Of a DNA stretch of 64,000 nucleotides, positions 1 to 13,096 are shown in pieces (positions within the stretch are counted from its first letter, which is position 1; every line of letters starts with the position of its first letter). Origin of the DNA: Octopus bimaculoides (Eukaryota). Below the pieces are notes generated by a model, which had not been told where the DNA came from, did no database searches, and worked only from the letters and a program-made list of their open reading frames with translations. The position numbers and the translations under genes are program-made. Location of the stretch: NCBI RefSeq assembly GCF_001194135.2, contig NC_068984.1:97022538-97086537 (forward strand). Reading direction: 5' to 3'.

Positions 1-2037
1 GTGCTGAAAGACAGCATGAGAGAATCGAAGATCAATAATGACAGAACTTTGAACTTCGAATTCCTAAAGATCAGTAATGACGGAATTTTGAACATAGGAT
101 CGATTTTTCGCCTCCAACACCTCCCCATTTCTTCTCACTATTATTCCTTATTACCTGCAATACCAATTCTCAGTTGTCTTAAAGCACTATTCTGCAGGAA
201 CTAGTACAGAGTGATACACAAATTTCAAGTTTAAGGCTCTGTCATTCACTCTTAAATACCAGTGTTGAAGTTTTGCAATAATAATCCCTCTCAAAATACA
301 TGCTAAAGCTATAACAAAAACAGATTAGACAAATTAGTCCTAGAAGCTCTTTTAAAAGATCGGGTGACCATATTAAGAACACTTTGATCGTATTATTCAA
401 TGAAGACTGACTTCGGATACTAAACAGACACCAACAACTGTAACCTTAACTGAAAGTCCGTCGGAATTTGAAATCTGGTCAAATACTTCGATACCTTATA
501 GGTAAAATTATCGTTATAGTTTCTCTTTGATCTCAAATTACTGCATTCTCACCACACGGTGGTGATAATCATATTTTGATAATATTTATTTTTATGTGCA
601 AACGTAAGGTGATTGATGTATTTATTTTTATCTTTTACTTGTTTCAGTCATTAAACTGTGGCCATGTTGGGGCACTGCCTTGAAGAATTTTCGCCGAACG
701 AATCGACCCCATTACTTAATTGTATTTTAAGCCTGGTACTTATTTTATCGGTCTCTCTCTTGTATATGCAGTGTGTGGGTTGTTTAAATATATAACCAGG
801 TGTCCTTTAAATATATATGCAGTAAACGTATGTGTGTGTGTGTGTGTTTTTGTGTGTGTGAGAGGTGGGGCTACACATGAGTGTAGTAACAGGAGAGATA
901 AAATATTCCACTACTCAAAGTGGCTTGTTTAAATATATGTATGTATACGTATGTATATACCCATACATACACATGCGTGCGCTCACGCAGCTTCAGCGCC
1001 CCCCCCCCCACACACACACACATACACTTATATACATACCAGCTAACGTATGTTTCTACATGGTCGTTCTATCTGCAAGAAGAAGCCAAATTCCTTCTGC
1101 AACCATAAGAAAGGAAGATCGCGTTAGATAAAATAGCCTAGATCTCACCGTGCCTACAGAAAACAAATAAAAAGAGGGGTTGGTCACGGCAGGAATGCCT
1201 TTAATGCTTTTAGGTCTGCTTAATAAGAACCGTCATAGTGGTACACACAGTCCATGATAGATGTGCTGAGATGTGTAGAATCTGTGTATGTGTGTATACG
1301 TCCAGCAGGTGCACCAATTTAAGTATAGAGGAGGCGGTGGGTAGATAATTGGATGATAGGTGGACTAGGTTACCTAAACTAACATATGTCATTGAAATAA
1401 CAAATCTGTCCACACTTGGTCCCTTTATTTATTTTCATAACTTCCTACAGGAACTCTTTGCCTTCCCTGCCCAGCACTCATCACTCAATCTTCCTTGCAC
1501 ACACTTTCCCCTTCATCTCTCATACATTACTTCTGTCATATACGCTCGGTCCTCTTGTTATACACACACACACACACAGCTTTGCAATAGAGGAGGTAGA
1601 AAGTTGTGACATTTATGATTTATATTACTGCTTGTGTGCACATGTATGTGTGTGTGTGTGTGTGTGTACTTAGGGAGAGTGGCGCCAATTAAAATACTTG
1701 AATTGGTTCTATTTATTTCATTCCTGTGTTTATTTTTCGGTTAATTAGATAATTAGTTAATAAATAAATGTAATTAAATAATTGATTAATTAGTTTTCGT
1801 CAAAGTTGTTTCATCACTGTGTGTAAGACCTTAGCCATGATGCTATATATGCCTCTCATGCAACTCTGTGACCAAACATTTTGTTGTGTTCATATCTCAG
1901 TGTCTAATGGTGAATTTTGTTCATGTTTTTTATTCGTATTTTCAATGTTTTACTTTTAAAGTGCGGTAAATAATTTTTTCTTATGTTAGTGGTGGTTCTA
2001 TGTACGCCTTTGTATATTGATATATATGTATGTATGT

Positions 2038-3850
2038 ATGTGAGGGTGGGTTGCCCAGTTCGCAGGCTATGAAGGAGTGATGCTAGAGATGTGAAATCTT
2101 GCTTGCATTAATTTCAATCAACTCTTATTGCATCGTTTCTTTTCAGGTGAAATGACATCTGACTGTTCAGACAAGACTCCAGAAGTAACTAGTAGTGACT
2201 TCCCTTTTAAATCGACGGATCTATTTTAAAACGGGGGCGCCAGTTTTCATTTATGTTTTATGTAGTGTTTTTGGTACGGAAAGATTTTCAAACTTCGTAT
2301 ACTTATCTATTTTGTGTTATAGAACAGAAAAATATTTTTGTATTCGAATTTATTTCATGTAAAAAATTGTCTTATTTCGATAATTTCTACTAATCACTGA
2401 CGTCTATTCAGTTGAAAACAGTTAGCGCTGTAACGGTGTATATCGTATTTATCCCCTAACCCGAACCCTAACTAGACTGTTAACCGTAACCGTAACCCTA
2501 ACCCTAAAACTAACCCTAACTCTAGAATCCGAAATATGTCACAGGGAATAACATTTTTATGACCGCCCAGCAGTATTGAGCTGAATAGACGTCAGTGATT
2601 GGTTGAAATTACAGAAATACGACAACTTTAACATGGAATAACTTGCGAATTCCTTTTTTTTTTTTTGTTAAGAAGACTAAGAGTAAAAGATGTTTTATAT
2701 GACACATTCTACCAGTGTCCCAAGTTTCAAAGTGTTTCGTTAGTGTTTCGTTAAGAAAATACTGGCACCCCGTTTTAAAATAGATCCAAATCGACAAATT
2801 TTGGCATCATGGTGTTATCAAGAAGTACCTACAGAAAAGGGTTCAGCTCCTAAGGACATTCATGCTGATATGGTTGCTATCTTTGGGGAAAGACGCTTCA
2901 GATTTTTATCAACAGTACAAAAAGTGGGCAGCTGAAATTAGGAGGTGAAAGCAGTGTCTTGCAACTGCCACCACGAGGAAAACATTGATCGAGTTTAATT
3001 TATGGTGATGGATGACAGGCGATTAACTATAAATCAAGTAGCTAATGTTGTTGTTATATCTCGTATGAAAGTTAAGAATATTCTGCACAATGAACTTGGC
3101 ATGACAAAAGTTTCTTTTCGGTGAGTGCCACGTTTTCTGACACTTGATCAAAAGTGCATCAGGCTGATCGCAACACAGGAAAATCTGACATTGTTTGAGG
3201 CAAATCCAGCTGGTTTCCTCGAACGTTTCGTAATCCAGGATGAGTGTTGGGTTCATCACTTTCAGCCAGAGACAAAGAGACAATTGATATAGTGGAATCA
3301 CCCCTCCTCCAAAGAAGACCAAGATCGTTTCAACTGCAGTGAAGGTGATGGCCTCATTTTGGGGGATGCCAAAAGGCATTGTGTTTCTTGACTATCTTGA
3401 AAAAGGTCACACCTTCAATGCAGAGAACTATGCCAGCTTACTGAACCAGTTACCAGAGATTATCAAACACCCAGGAAAACTTTCGAAAGGGACTTGTTTC
3501 ATCAGGACTATGTTCCAGCACACAAGTCCTTGGTTTCAATGGCTGCTGTGCGTGACTGTGTTGAACAACCTCCCGTATCTCCTGATTTGGCTCCATCTGA
3601 CTATCATCTGTTCCCCAACAAGAAAAATACTTTGCTGGAACCAGTATCGCAGTAACTATGACGTCATACCTGTTAATGACTTTTTTGAACGACAGGATGA
3701 AAGCTTCGCCACCAATGGGATCCAAACACTGTAATATCGATGGAAGAAGTGTGTGGACTGCAAGGGAGACTGTCGAAAAATAAACCTCATTTGGTCCAAT
3801 TCAGTGAGAGTATTTTGGGCCACCTATGAACCTTTCAGCCGACCTCATAA
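2038..3850 (+). mobile_element. Decayed mariner transposon (DD34D-type transposase pseudogene at ~2790-3735), interrupted by a MITE
   Basis: Frameshifted translation gives DKFWHHGVI..., VPRFLTLDQK, QDECWVHHFQPETK, KGIVFLDYLEKG and PDLAPSDYHLFP. Imperfect TIRs lie at ~2038-2068 and ~3822-3850. Confidence 0.85.
2217..2787. mobile_element. Non-autonomous DNA transposon (MITE), Merlin-like ends, with internal telomere-like repeats
   Basis: ~30-bp TIRs (GGATCTATTTTAAAACGGGG...). Exact 8-bp TSD AAATCGAC at 2209-2216 and 2788-2795. Second inverted pair at ~2341-2420 and ~2572-2653. Degenerate (TAACCC)n at ~2455-2522. Confidence 0.85.
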
Positions 3851-4699
3851 TATGATGATTTGTGTCTGTATGAGGTTTGGGGTTTGTGTTGTACCTTACA
3901 CTTCCGACTTCATTACAATTCATTTTGTTTGTATGTTCGTTGCAGTTAAGTTTTCTTTTCGGGCAAGTTTTTTTTTTTTTAATTTTATTGTTTTCTTTTT
4001 TTTTCTATTCTATACATTCGTGCGTGTCAATTATTAGCACTAATAGGCTTGATATATCAATTCACAAATACTTATTCATACTTACATGTTGACACACATA
4101 GCCTTCCCCATGAACACACAGGAATGCACATACATATATTTACGCATATTTACATGCAGTGTCAGTTTGATAGGTTTGTCAGTAATGGTAATATTGCTTA
4201 TTTTGTAAAACTGTTAAAGATTGTATTTAAATTGTCAAGTATCATTGTATCTCTCTATATAAATATCTATTTGATTCTTTCACTAATGAAACAAACGGTG
4301 AAAACTGGAGATTATCAAACGGCCAACAACAAAGTGAGTTTGTTGTTAGCATGTGTGTGTATGTTTAAAACTACGTTAGAAGTGGGGCTACGCATGACAA
4401 TAGTTACAGCTTTGCGCTTCACATTTTCGAAAGAAAAGAAAGCGTTACAGCGTTTTTTAGTAGCCGTTGTAAAATTCCAGCTGTAAATGATAACCCGTAA
4501 TCAGTGAAAAAGAGGATTTCCCTCCCTCTCCCCACACCAACGTATATATATACTGTGTGTGTAAATACGCATACATATATACATATGTTAACATGCAATT
4601 TACCGTCGTAAAACGGTGGAAATAAATTGTCTTTAAAAATGAAAGTAAATTGCGTTAGTGGCGATATACCAAAATTCCATAAAACGCGTTTGGTATCCG

Positions 4700-5100
4700 T
4701 TGGGTGGGTTTCCTATGTGGGTCTTGGCAACTTCTATCCTTATGAAATTGTCGATCATTAATCCAATTTTGTTGATTCCATACTCAGACTATAGAAGGGC
4801 GATGGATGTTCTCCATGAAGAAACTTAGGCCCTAATGTGGGAGTAGTGATGATTTATTTATATCATATCTTCATGAGCATGTGTGACGAAACAATTTTAG
4901 AAGTCGAGAAGAATCATTATGAATCTCATATCATGCCTCCTAGCAATATTGTTAAAAAGTGAGTAAATGTTGCAAGACTGGTCCAAGTGAACTCTGTCCT
5001 ATAGGTTGACGGAGGACGATATGGAGAGGGTTCTTGCCCTACTGGTCAGGGCAATCGTGGTTTTGTGGAGTCTCCATTAGAAGCTCTAGGATATCTCCTT
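4700..5100 (-). mobile_element. Decayed non-LTR reverse transcriptase fragment
   Basis: Minus frame with stops reads TIALTSRART...NNIARRHDMRFIMILLDF*NCFVTHAH, resembling RT motifs RPIALTS and FLDFxxAF. Confidence 0.55.
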
Positions 5101-5286
5101 CCCTGGGGGAATTAATTCATTGTTATAATTTTATATTGTTACGGGGGGGGGGAGGTTATCTACACATTTTTTATGTAACCCACACTTTATTCTCCTGTAC
5201 CGTCCCCAATGTTTTTTGTGAACCTCTAGTAGTTAATAAAGGAAACATTATTATTATTATTATTATTAGTAGTAGTAGTAGTAGTA

Positions 5287-5840
5287 AGGCGATAAGCTGG
5301 TAGAATCGTTAGCATTTTGGGCGAAATGCTTTGCAGTATTTCGTCCGTCTTTACATTTTGAGTTCAATCAAATTCCGCCGGGTTCGATAAAATAAGTACC
5401 AGTCAAGTACTGAGAACTGACTAGTTACCTTTTTCGAAATTTCAGGCCTTGTGTCTATAGTAGAAGGTCGTAATAAGGCGGCGAGCTGGCAGATTCGTGA
5501 GCACACCGAGCATAATTAACGACATTTCGTCCATTTTTACGCTCTTACTTCAAAATTCTGCCGAGGTCGACTTTGCCTTTCATCCTCTCGAGGTCAATGA
5601 AATAAGTACCTGTCCAGCACTAGACTCGATGTAATCGTTTAATCCCCTCCCCTTTACATTTCCGACCTTGAGCCTATAGCAGAAAGAATTATTATATTAC
5701 TGACAGTAGTAGATTATCAAAATCAGTAAAGTACCTGGACGAAATGTTTTGCTGCAGCTGATTATATCTCTTTACGTTCTGAGATCAAATCCCACCAAGG
5801 TAAGCTTTGATATTTCATCCTACTGGAGTCAATAAAATAT
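5287..5840 (+). mobile_element. Cluster of three SINE family A copies
   Basis: Repeated consensus ggcggcgagctggcagaatcgttagca...ttcaaattccgccgaggtcgactttgcctttcatcc...ataagtaccag, seen many times in the window. Confidence 0.8.
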
Positions 5841-6204
5841 GAACGGCTGGTGTATGTTAACAGTTATATACTTGGGACAATGTACATTTTATACATTGCC
5901 GTATATATGATACTGAACTATACTTATATGTTGCCTAGACCTATTAATTTATGTCATGAGGCTTGCTTTTAACCCTGGATCAACCTTGATTCAGCAGACG
6001 TAGTGATGCAGTTTAGCTGGCAAGTTAGCCCTGCTCTCGCCAACCAGTTAATATTTTTCAACCCTAGGTCAACCCTGATTCACCAGACCTATAATAAAGG
6101 CATTCCAACTTTGGCCATACTGTCACTATAGATATCTAGAATTATGTCATCTCTGTGCTTGTGACCGCCTTTTTTGGGGGTGTGAATTGGCGGACATTTC
6201 ACAG

Positions 6205-6269
6205 TTGCTCCTCGTAGTTTGATCAACGAAGAGTCTCTCTTGTTGGTTCGCCAAACTGTCAGCTGTGAG
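6205..6269 (+). other. Candidate orphan exon (APRSLINEESLLLVRQTVSCE if coding)
   Basis: Acceptor catttcacag and donor GAG|GTGAGA. Only one of three frames is open. No partner exons found. Confidence 0.25.
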
Positions 6270-8034
6270 GTGAGAGAATATTGCTGGTGTGCTAGGCAAA
6301 TACTGCACACCAACAGTGGCAGTAAACGTGTAAATATTAAACTCGCTATTATATAATCAAAGTTTATAACTGGAAACAAATATTTTTCTGTCTTCCGTTA
6401 TAAAATAATTTGGGAGTTGATCCGCACCACAGTTACCACGATATGACATTGGTTGGATATTGGGGTGCTGGGAGAGTGATAAAAATAAGGAACCGAAAAT
6501 GAGCGACATATCACGAGCACACACCCTGTGTTTGCTCAGGTTGAAATGATTGTAGCAATATTTAATGTTGATATTAAATGTCTATAATATAGTTACAGTT
6601 GTTACTAAATACTTACTGTATACAGTTACAATAGTATGGGATTTTTTAAAGCATATTTTTATTACTGTAATTTGTACGGTTGAACGTTGTGTTGATACAC
6701 TTGTAGTGGGTCCCACATACAACTGAAAATGTTTTTGTGTTTTACCAGTTTAACCGGTTTTATTGAAACCAATCGCAATATAATCTGAGACAACAACCAT
6801 ACACACCACCCCTACCCCTATTCAAATGTAAGTGGACTCATCTTAACATGATTTACGAGAGAGCTAGGAGGGCAGCTATAGACTTCCATAATCTTAAATC
6901 TGTGTTCTGCATCTCTCGTCAACATGGGACAGGGCGGCTTACTATCACAGTTATTAAATTAACGTAAATTGATTCGTTTCACGAGGAACATGGTGTGAGG
7001 GCTATATCTCAAATATACACATACACGCACAAACAAACAAACAAATAAACTCTTACATACGCGCGTGCGCACAATATGTTTCAGCTTTTAGCCAGCTTGT
7101 GTGTTCTCATTATGTATGTCTGAGCTAAACCTTGGGCCTCGTGATTCTACATAGTTGCTAGAAATAGCGCGAAAAAAAATCCAGCCTATGCCAAGTAGCC
7201 TTTGACCTCACGTTTCTTACAGTGACATATTCCTAGTAGTTTCTTTACCATATAAAACTAATTTAAGCATGTGACCTTTCTATTCAAATTTCTCACACAA
7301 TAAAACAAAGCCGTTCTAACATGTGACCTTTAAGGTTTATAATAAATCCATTTGTTTCTCCTTGGTTCTTCCGTAATAATAGCCATGATTTCAGTTAATT
7401 GACTTGTAAAACATTGAAGTGTGTTGGTAAAATAACAGCCGAAAATTTCGCTGTAATGGGATAGGGTGGGGGAGCGAATGCGTGAATGTCAGAGAGAGAA
7501 AGCTACCGTTAACGGCCATACCAATTTACTGAGCTTGCTTTATATTATCTTATCTGTTAGTTTAAAACGCTCGATGTAGCTCAACCAAGCTGCAATTGCC
7601 AAGTTGTAAACCAGTAAATAATGACGTTATTTTAAAACAATGCTCATATTTTGTTGTCGTGTCTTGTAATGTCAGTCATTATTTCAAAATGGCGACTGAC
7701 GATTTAACTACCACACTCCATCACCACCACCAATCCGTTCTCTATTCAATAACTTGAGAGAGAGTGTGTGTGTGTGATATACTAGACATCGTAGCCTTTG
7801 AAGTTCCATGGTTATTTTGAAAACTATGTTTGTTAGAAGTCTATAAAAGAGTCATGAAATGCAATCTTTTTTTTTTTAACTTGAAATTTTTTTTAGGTTT
7901 TTGATTCTTGCGGGTAGACTCTTACAACAAAACAACTTTTGAAAACTGTATTCTTAATTACACACTTGTCACCTTTTCTACCTTAAACGTTATCTTTTCT
8001 TTTTATCGTTATGTCAAGAAGTAAACTATCTTAA

Positions 8035-8420
8035 CTATGGAACAAAATCAAAAATATAGTCTAGCTATAAAATCATTCTGTTATAAGCATAAGCAGGGCT
8101 ACATTTAGCATGTATTGCGCCCTTTTTCATATCAAAAAGTGTGTATGGCTAGACTTGATCTCGTAATCCCAGTAACTGAAGTACAGTAACCTCCACACTG
8201 AAAACTTGAGTGGGGGATATGAACAGTATCATCTACCGTGAAGTATTACACCAAACCGAAACAGTTAATGCGGAGAAGTATTGTTATTATTTGGAAGCAT
8301 TGCACAAAAATTTGCAGGAAAAGTGCATATCATCGATCAACCGCAAGTGGGGTGTTGATTTTGCACGATAATGCAAGACCACATATTACCCAAGTCACTC
8401 GAGAAAAGATTGTATTATTA
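8035..8420 (+). mobile_element. Mariner transposase remnant
   Basis: Translation includes VLILHDNARPHITQVTREKI, the mariner second-Asp motif. Confidence 0.7.
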
Positions 8421-9077
8421 TTATTAAATCACAAGCGCGTGTACACGAATTCCATCTAAAAGTCCACTCCCACGGTATTGTCAGGATGCTGCAATGAGAT
8501 CGAGTCACGTGGCTACGGGAGTAGTTTCTTGAGCACGCTGCTATTTTTGCATCTATTTACCGGTCCCTGATGGAATGAAAACGATCCGGAGTAGTTTGAA
8601 GTCGAACTCGGAGCCTATAGACTACAAACTATCAAACGATAGTTTTGTCGCTCAGTTATTTCTGACAAATCACCTCCCTTCCCACATAGAAAATATTGTT
8701 TAGGCCAGAGGCATTCCATAAGAAATTGGTTACTATTTTGGTGGCTCGGTTTTGTCATAATTTGTTCACAAACGATTGTTCACCGCCAGTCCTTTGCTTT
8801 CAGTGAATGTCTTTTATATATTCTAGTATTGTTGATATGGTAGCTGTTGCTTCTGCTGTTGTTGTAGCTATTGTTATAGGTTACTAATTTAACTTTTGTT
8901 CGTTGTTTGGTATTTAGAACAGCTAACCATTTGAATTTTATTTTTCTACATGTGACATACCTATTGAGCTGAAAGCTTTCACACATTACCGCCTGCGTCC
9001 AGTTTGCTGCTTTAATGTTACCATAATATTTAAAAAGAAAAAAAATAACTCAGCTGTTTTTCTTTAATTTCTCTTTA

Positions 9078-9385
9078 TGGGTGTGTAGTAAGAAGTTTGC
9101 TTCTCGACCACATGGTTTCGGATTCAATGACGCTGCGTGGAACCTTGGGCAAGTGTTTTCTACTATAGCCCTTGGCAGACTAAAAAGCCTTGTGAGTGAA
9201 TCTGGTAGACCGAAACCGAAAGAAGACCGGTGCGTATCCTCCCACCGCTTGTCAACCGGTATTGGTTTGTTTACTTCCCCGTAACTAAACGGCCCGGCAA
9301 AAAGACGCCGATAGGTTAAGTATCAAACATAAAGAGAACTAATATTGGGGCCGATGATCTGTTCGATGACTGAAACAAGATAAAG
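9078..9385 (+). mobile_element. tRNA-derived SINE family B copy, diverged
   Basis: Matches the copy at 21747-22105 (...accttgggcaagtg..ctactatagcc...aagccttgtgagtg). Confidence 0.75.
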
Positions 9386-9586
9386 GATAATATGAGTGTT
9401 TCAATGAATTCTTCAGCATTTAGTTAGATTTACCAAGTAACATGGCAAAGTTTTGGCTCCTTTCAAATATTGTCATCATTACCTCAGTTCTTTTTTATTT
9501 TATTTTGTGGGATGGTGTATATTGTAAATATGTGGGCGGGGACTTGGGGAGAATATCTAAATTTTGAAACAACCTTCATCATCATC

Positions 9587-10000
9587 AAGGCGGCGAACTG
9601 GCAGAATTGTTACCACGCATGGCAAAATGCTTAGCGGCATTTCTTCTGGCTTTACGTTGTAAATGCAAATAGTGCAGAGGTCGACTTTGCCTTTCAATAA
9701 AAAGAAGTACCAGTCAAGCATTGGGTAGATGATATCGACTTACCCCCTTCCCTAACATTGCTGGCCTTCTGCCAGATTTTGAAACCATTATTACTTTTGA
9801 AGGCGGTGAGTTTGCAGAATCGTTACTAGACTGGACAAAACGATGAATGGTATTTCTTCTGGCTATACGTTCTAAGTTCAAACGCTGAGATCAATTTTGC
9901 ATTTAATTCTTTCGGGGTCGACAAAATAAGTACCGGTTAAACACTGAAGTCGATGCAATCGATTAGTTTCCCTCCCCCAAATTTCAGGCTCGTCAACTAG
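9587..10000 (+). mobile_element. Two SINE family A copies
   Basis: Same consensus as 5287-5840. Confidence 0.75.
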
Positions 10001-10429
10001 ACTGTCCTGACTTGTTTTTTGATCTCCATACCGTAAGATATAACATTGATATCAGGTGTTTTTTTTTCCTAAAATTTACACAGAACGTCCTTCAAACTTC
10101 GACATGGGGAAAGAGATTTGGTCACGTGATAAATGAAATGTGTCAAAAGTAGTAACACACACCATCCCCGCCACATCTTTCTCTCAGATAGCAAGGACAA
10201 GTACATGATCAAAAAAGCTAGACAATGAGATCATAGCTTCAAAAATAGTATCACTTCAGCATGTTTGCGTCTGTATGCTTGTGGTAATTAAGGAACAAAA
10301 CATTTTGATAAGCAATTCACTCCAACATTTTAATTATTTCAAGAATGGAATGAATGTTAAATTAGATTTAAAATACAATTTCTAAACCACTTCAGTTTTT
10401 TTTTTTTTATTTTTTTTTTTTTTTTTTTT

Positions 10430-10724
10430 NNNNNNNNNNNNNNNNNNNNNNNNNNNNNNNNNNNNNNNNNNNNNNNNNNNNNNNNNNNNNNNNNNNNNNN
10501 NNNNNNNNNNNNNNNNNNNNNNNNNNNNNNNNNNNNNNNNNNNNNNNNNNNNNNNNNNNNNNNNNNNNNNNNNNNNNNNNNNNNNNNNNNNNNNNNNNNN
10601 NNNNNNNNNNNNNNNNNNNNNNNNNNNNNNNNNNNNNNNNNNNNNNNNNNNNNNNNNNNNNNNNNNNNNNNNNNNNNNNNNNNNNNNNNNNNNNNNNNNN
10701 NNNNNNNNNNNNNNNNNNNNNNNN
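10430..10724. other. Assembly gap. Other gaps: ~12049-12148, 15329-15517, 33694-33912, 52187-52986, 57031-57102, 61623-62380
   Basis: Runs of N, mostly flanked by homopolymers, microsatellites or young repeats. Confidence 0.98.
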
Positions 10725-12885
10725 GGGGGGGGGGGGGGTCTTGTAAGGTAGTGAAAATACGGTGTCCAAATGTTACTGGTAACATTTCATGCAGTTAAAG
10801 CATATAATAGATTTTATACACGTACCACATACGGTTGATAAAAAAAAAGTAATTGTTAGACCTCTCACACACACACACACACTGACACAAACCCGTTTTC
10901 TTGAGTTCAAGCCTCTTGCTATTTGTTGTCTCTCTCTGTATACACTAAGCTCTCGGTCTCTATGCAGTCGCATGACCTTCTAGAAATAACGACCAAAATG
11001 ACCAAATATCCTTTAAATTACTATGATGTAGAAACGCGGTGTCTGAAATAAAAATTAGAGTGGTCATAGCTGGAGTGAATTCGATCATAGATCAGTTCAA
11101 TTCAAGCTAACTGGATGCTTAAAAAAAACAACTTTTTATGAGAGGAGTTCTGAAAGTGGTCGCACGATCTGTTACAAGTAGCAGTCAAGTCTTCTTCAAA
11201 TGTTATTCTAAATATACAAAGAGATGAGATGAAACTATCTGGAATATCTTTGTTCATACCAGAAGACATTAAGAGACTTATGTTTGAGGAATCCTTTTCA
11301 ACTATAAATTTGTAGCCTTCAGAAATAAATTACACATTTTACATAGGCACACTGATGGCTGTGTAATCAAGAATTATTTGGCTTTGCATTCACGATTCTG
11401 TACGTTGGTTTGTTTTTTTCAACGGAAACTACAATTCTGCCCAGGCGCGCGCGCACACACTCGTCTCCCGACTAGTTAAATAATCCATCTTGTGAAACTT
11501 AGTCTCCATTTAGAAGTCTGTTAGTTTTGTCTGAGACTTGGTTGTATCCAGTCTTTCAATCTGACTCCACTGTCATTAAATATTCTGTAATCCTTGAAAT
11601 TCATTGAAAATAGCCTAAAAACTAACACAACACACGCGTCTTAGGAGACGAGAATCGGTACATTTGCCAGAATGCTCTGGTATCAGTGTTCAAGTGAGTT
11701 AGCTTTCCTTATGGCAGGGTCTCGTTTATATTTCATATCTTGCATGAAAAAAGTACAAGTGTCGAAATAATTGACTAAAATTGATGAAGGCGCTACTCCA
11801 ACAGGGCCACCTCTAAATGGTTTCGCGCTTACAGAAATTGACCATTAATTTCGAGATACGGTCTGTAATTTCGTTCTGACAGAAACTCGTATTGCGTAGT
11901 TTTAAATTGTTAACAATTTAATATTACACTTTCTCTTTAGCTCAGTGGTCACTTACGTTTTAATTAAGATCAAAGTATATAGTTAACGATTTCAAAAACA
12001 TTTCACACATATACATATAATGAACAATGTATGTATGTTATATATATANNNNNNNNNNNNNNNNNNNNNNNNNNNNNNNNNNNNNNNNNNNNNNNNNNNN
12101 NNNNNNNNNNNNNNNNNNNNNNNNNNNNNNNNNNNNNNNNNNNNNNNNTATATGAATGTTGTGTTTCTATCACCAACACTAACAGTAATATAGATTAGTC
12201 TGAAGTTGATAAGCAAATTCATTTCAAATAAAAACATGTATTTTAAACGTTGAATGAAATGACTTTGATCTTGAGTCTATGACGATTGACTTTAGAGTAA
12301 ATAGCCACAAGAATACAATTAGCAGCTATGACCACTACAATGCCAACAATACCCACCCACCATCACAAACATTTAAACCATGCAACCCACATCATTACCT
12401 CCATCAACCCACCGACTGACTACAACAAATCTCAGCACGTACACCAACATGTATATGTGCATGTGTGTGTGTATTTGTTTTGAGTCAGAATTGCAAGATG
12501 GCGAATTGCCTATAAAATCTGGTGACCCTTCAGCTAACTGTAATCATATAGTACTTTCTCTTCCCCAGTCCTTCACCTTTTCATCTCATTTTCGTTGTTA
12601 CATCTACAGCAAGGGAGGGGAAACCTTTTAGTGTGGCAGGCAAAAGTTTACAAAAGAAAAAAAAAAACATGTCCGCGGGTGGATCACAGGTTCTACTAAC
12701 TCTTTTATCTGTGTAAATATTGTATATATCTGTGTACAATTTGATATCTATACATATAAATTTGACATGAGCGATTCTTTCTTGTCTTGGGATTCACGAT
12801 CAAACAGCTGGGTGGAATTGCACGAAACATTACACACAAGTGTAGAATGCTCCGGTGGTGATGCTGGGCTTTGTATTTCTTTCAC

Positions 12886-13096
12886 AGCTCCCATGGTTAC
12901 CGAGATAATCTACTATAATAATATTCTTGTTTATGAATGAGAAAGGAAGAGGTGATAGATGAATAAGGAAGGAAGGGGTGATGTCATATTTTTTCATAGC
13001 TCCCATGGTTACCAAGATAATCTACTATAATAATACACTTGTGTTTATGAATGAGAAAAGAAAAGGTGATGGATGAATAAGGAAGGAACGGGTGAG
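12886..13096 (+). repeat. Tandem duplication with ~112-bp period (2 copies)
   Basis: agctcccatggttacc(g/a)agataatctactataataat...gaataaggaaggaa starts at 12886 and again at 12998. Confidence 0.9.

Noticed and set aside
2455-2522. True telomere or chromosome-fusion scar
   Set aside because: The tract is short, degenerate and enclosed in a TIR/TSD-bounded MITE.
4874-5080. Apparent two-exon plus-strand gene (MSMCDETILEVEKNHYESH... with a GTGAGT donor)
   Set aside because: The intron would be only 46 nt, and the opposite strand shows decayed non-LTR RT motifs.
11805-11822. Possible CTCF site ggccacctctaaatgg
   Set aside because: Only the AGGTGGC half matches; the CCASY half does not.
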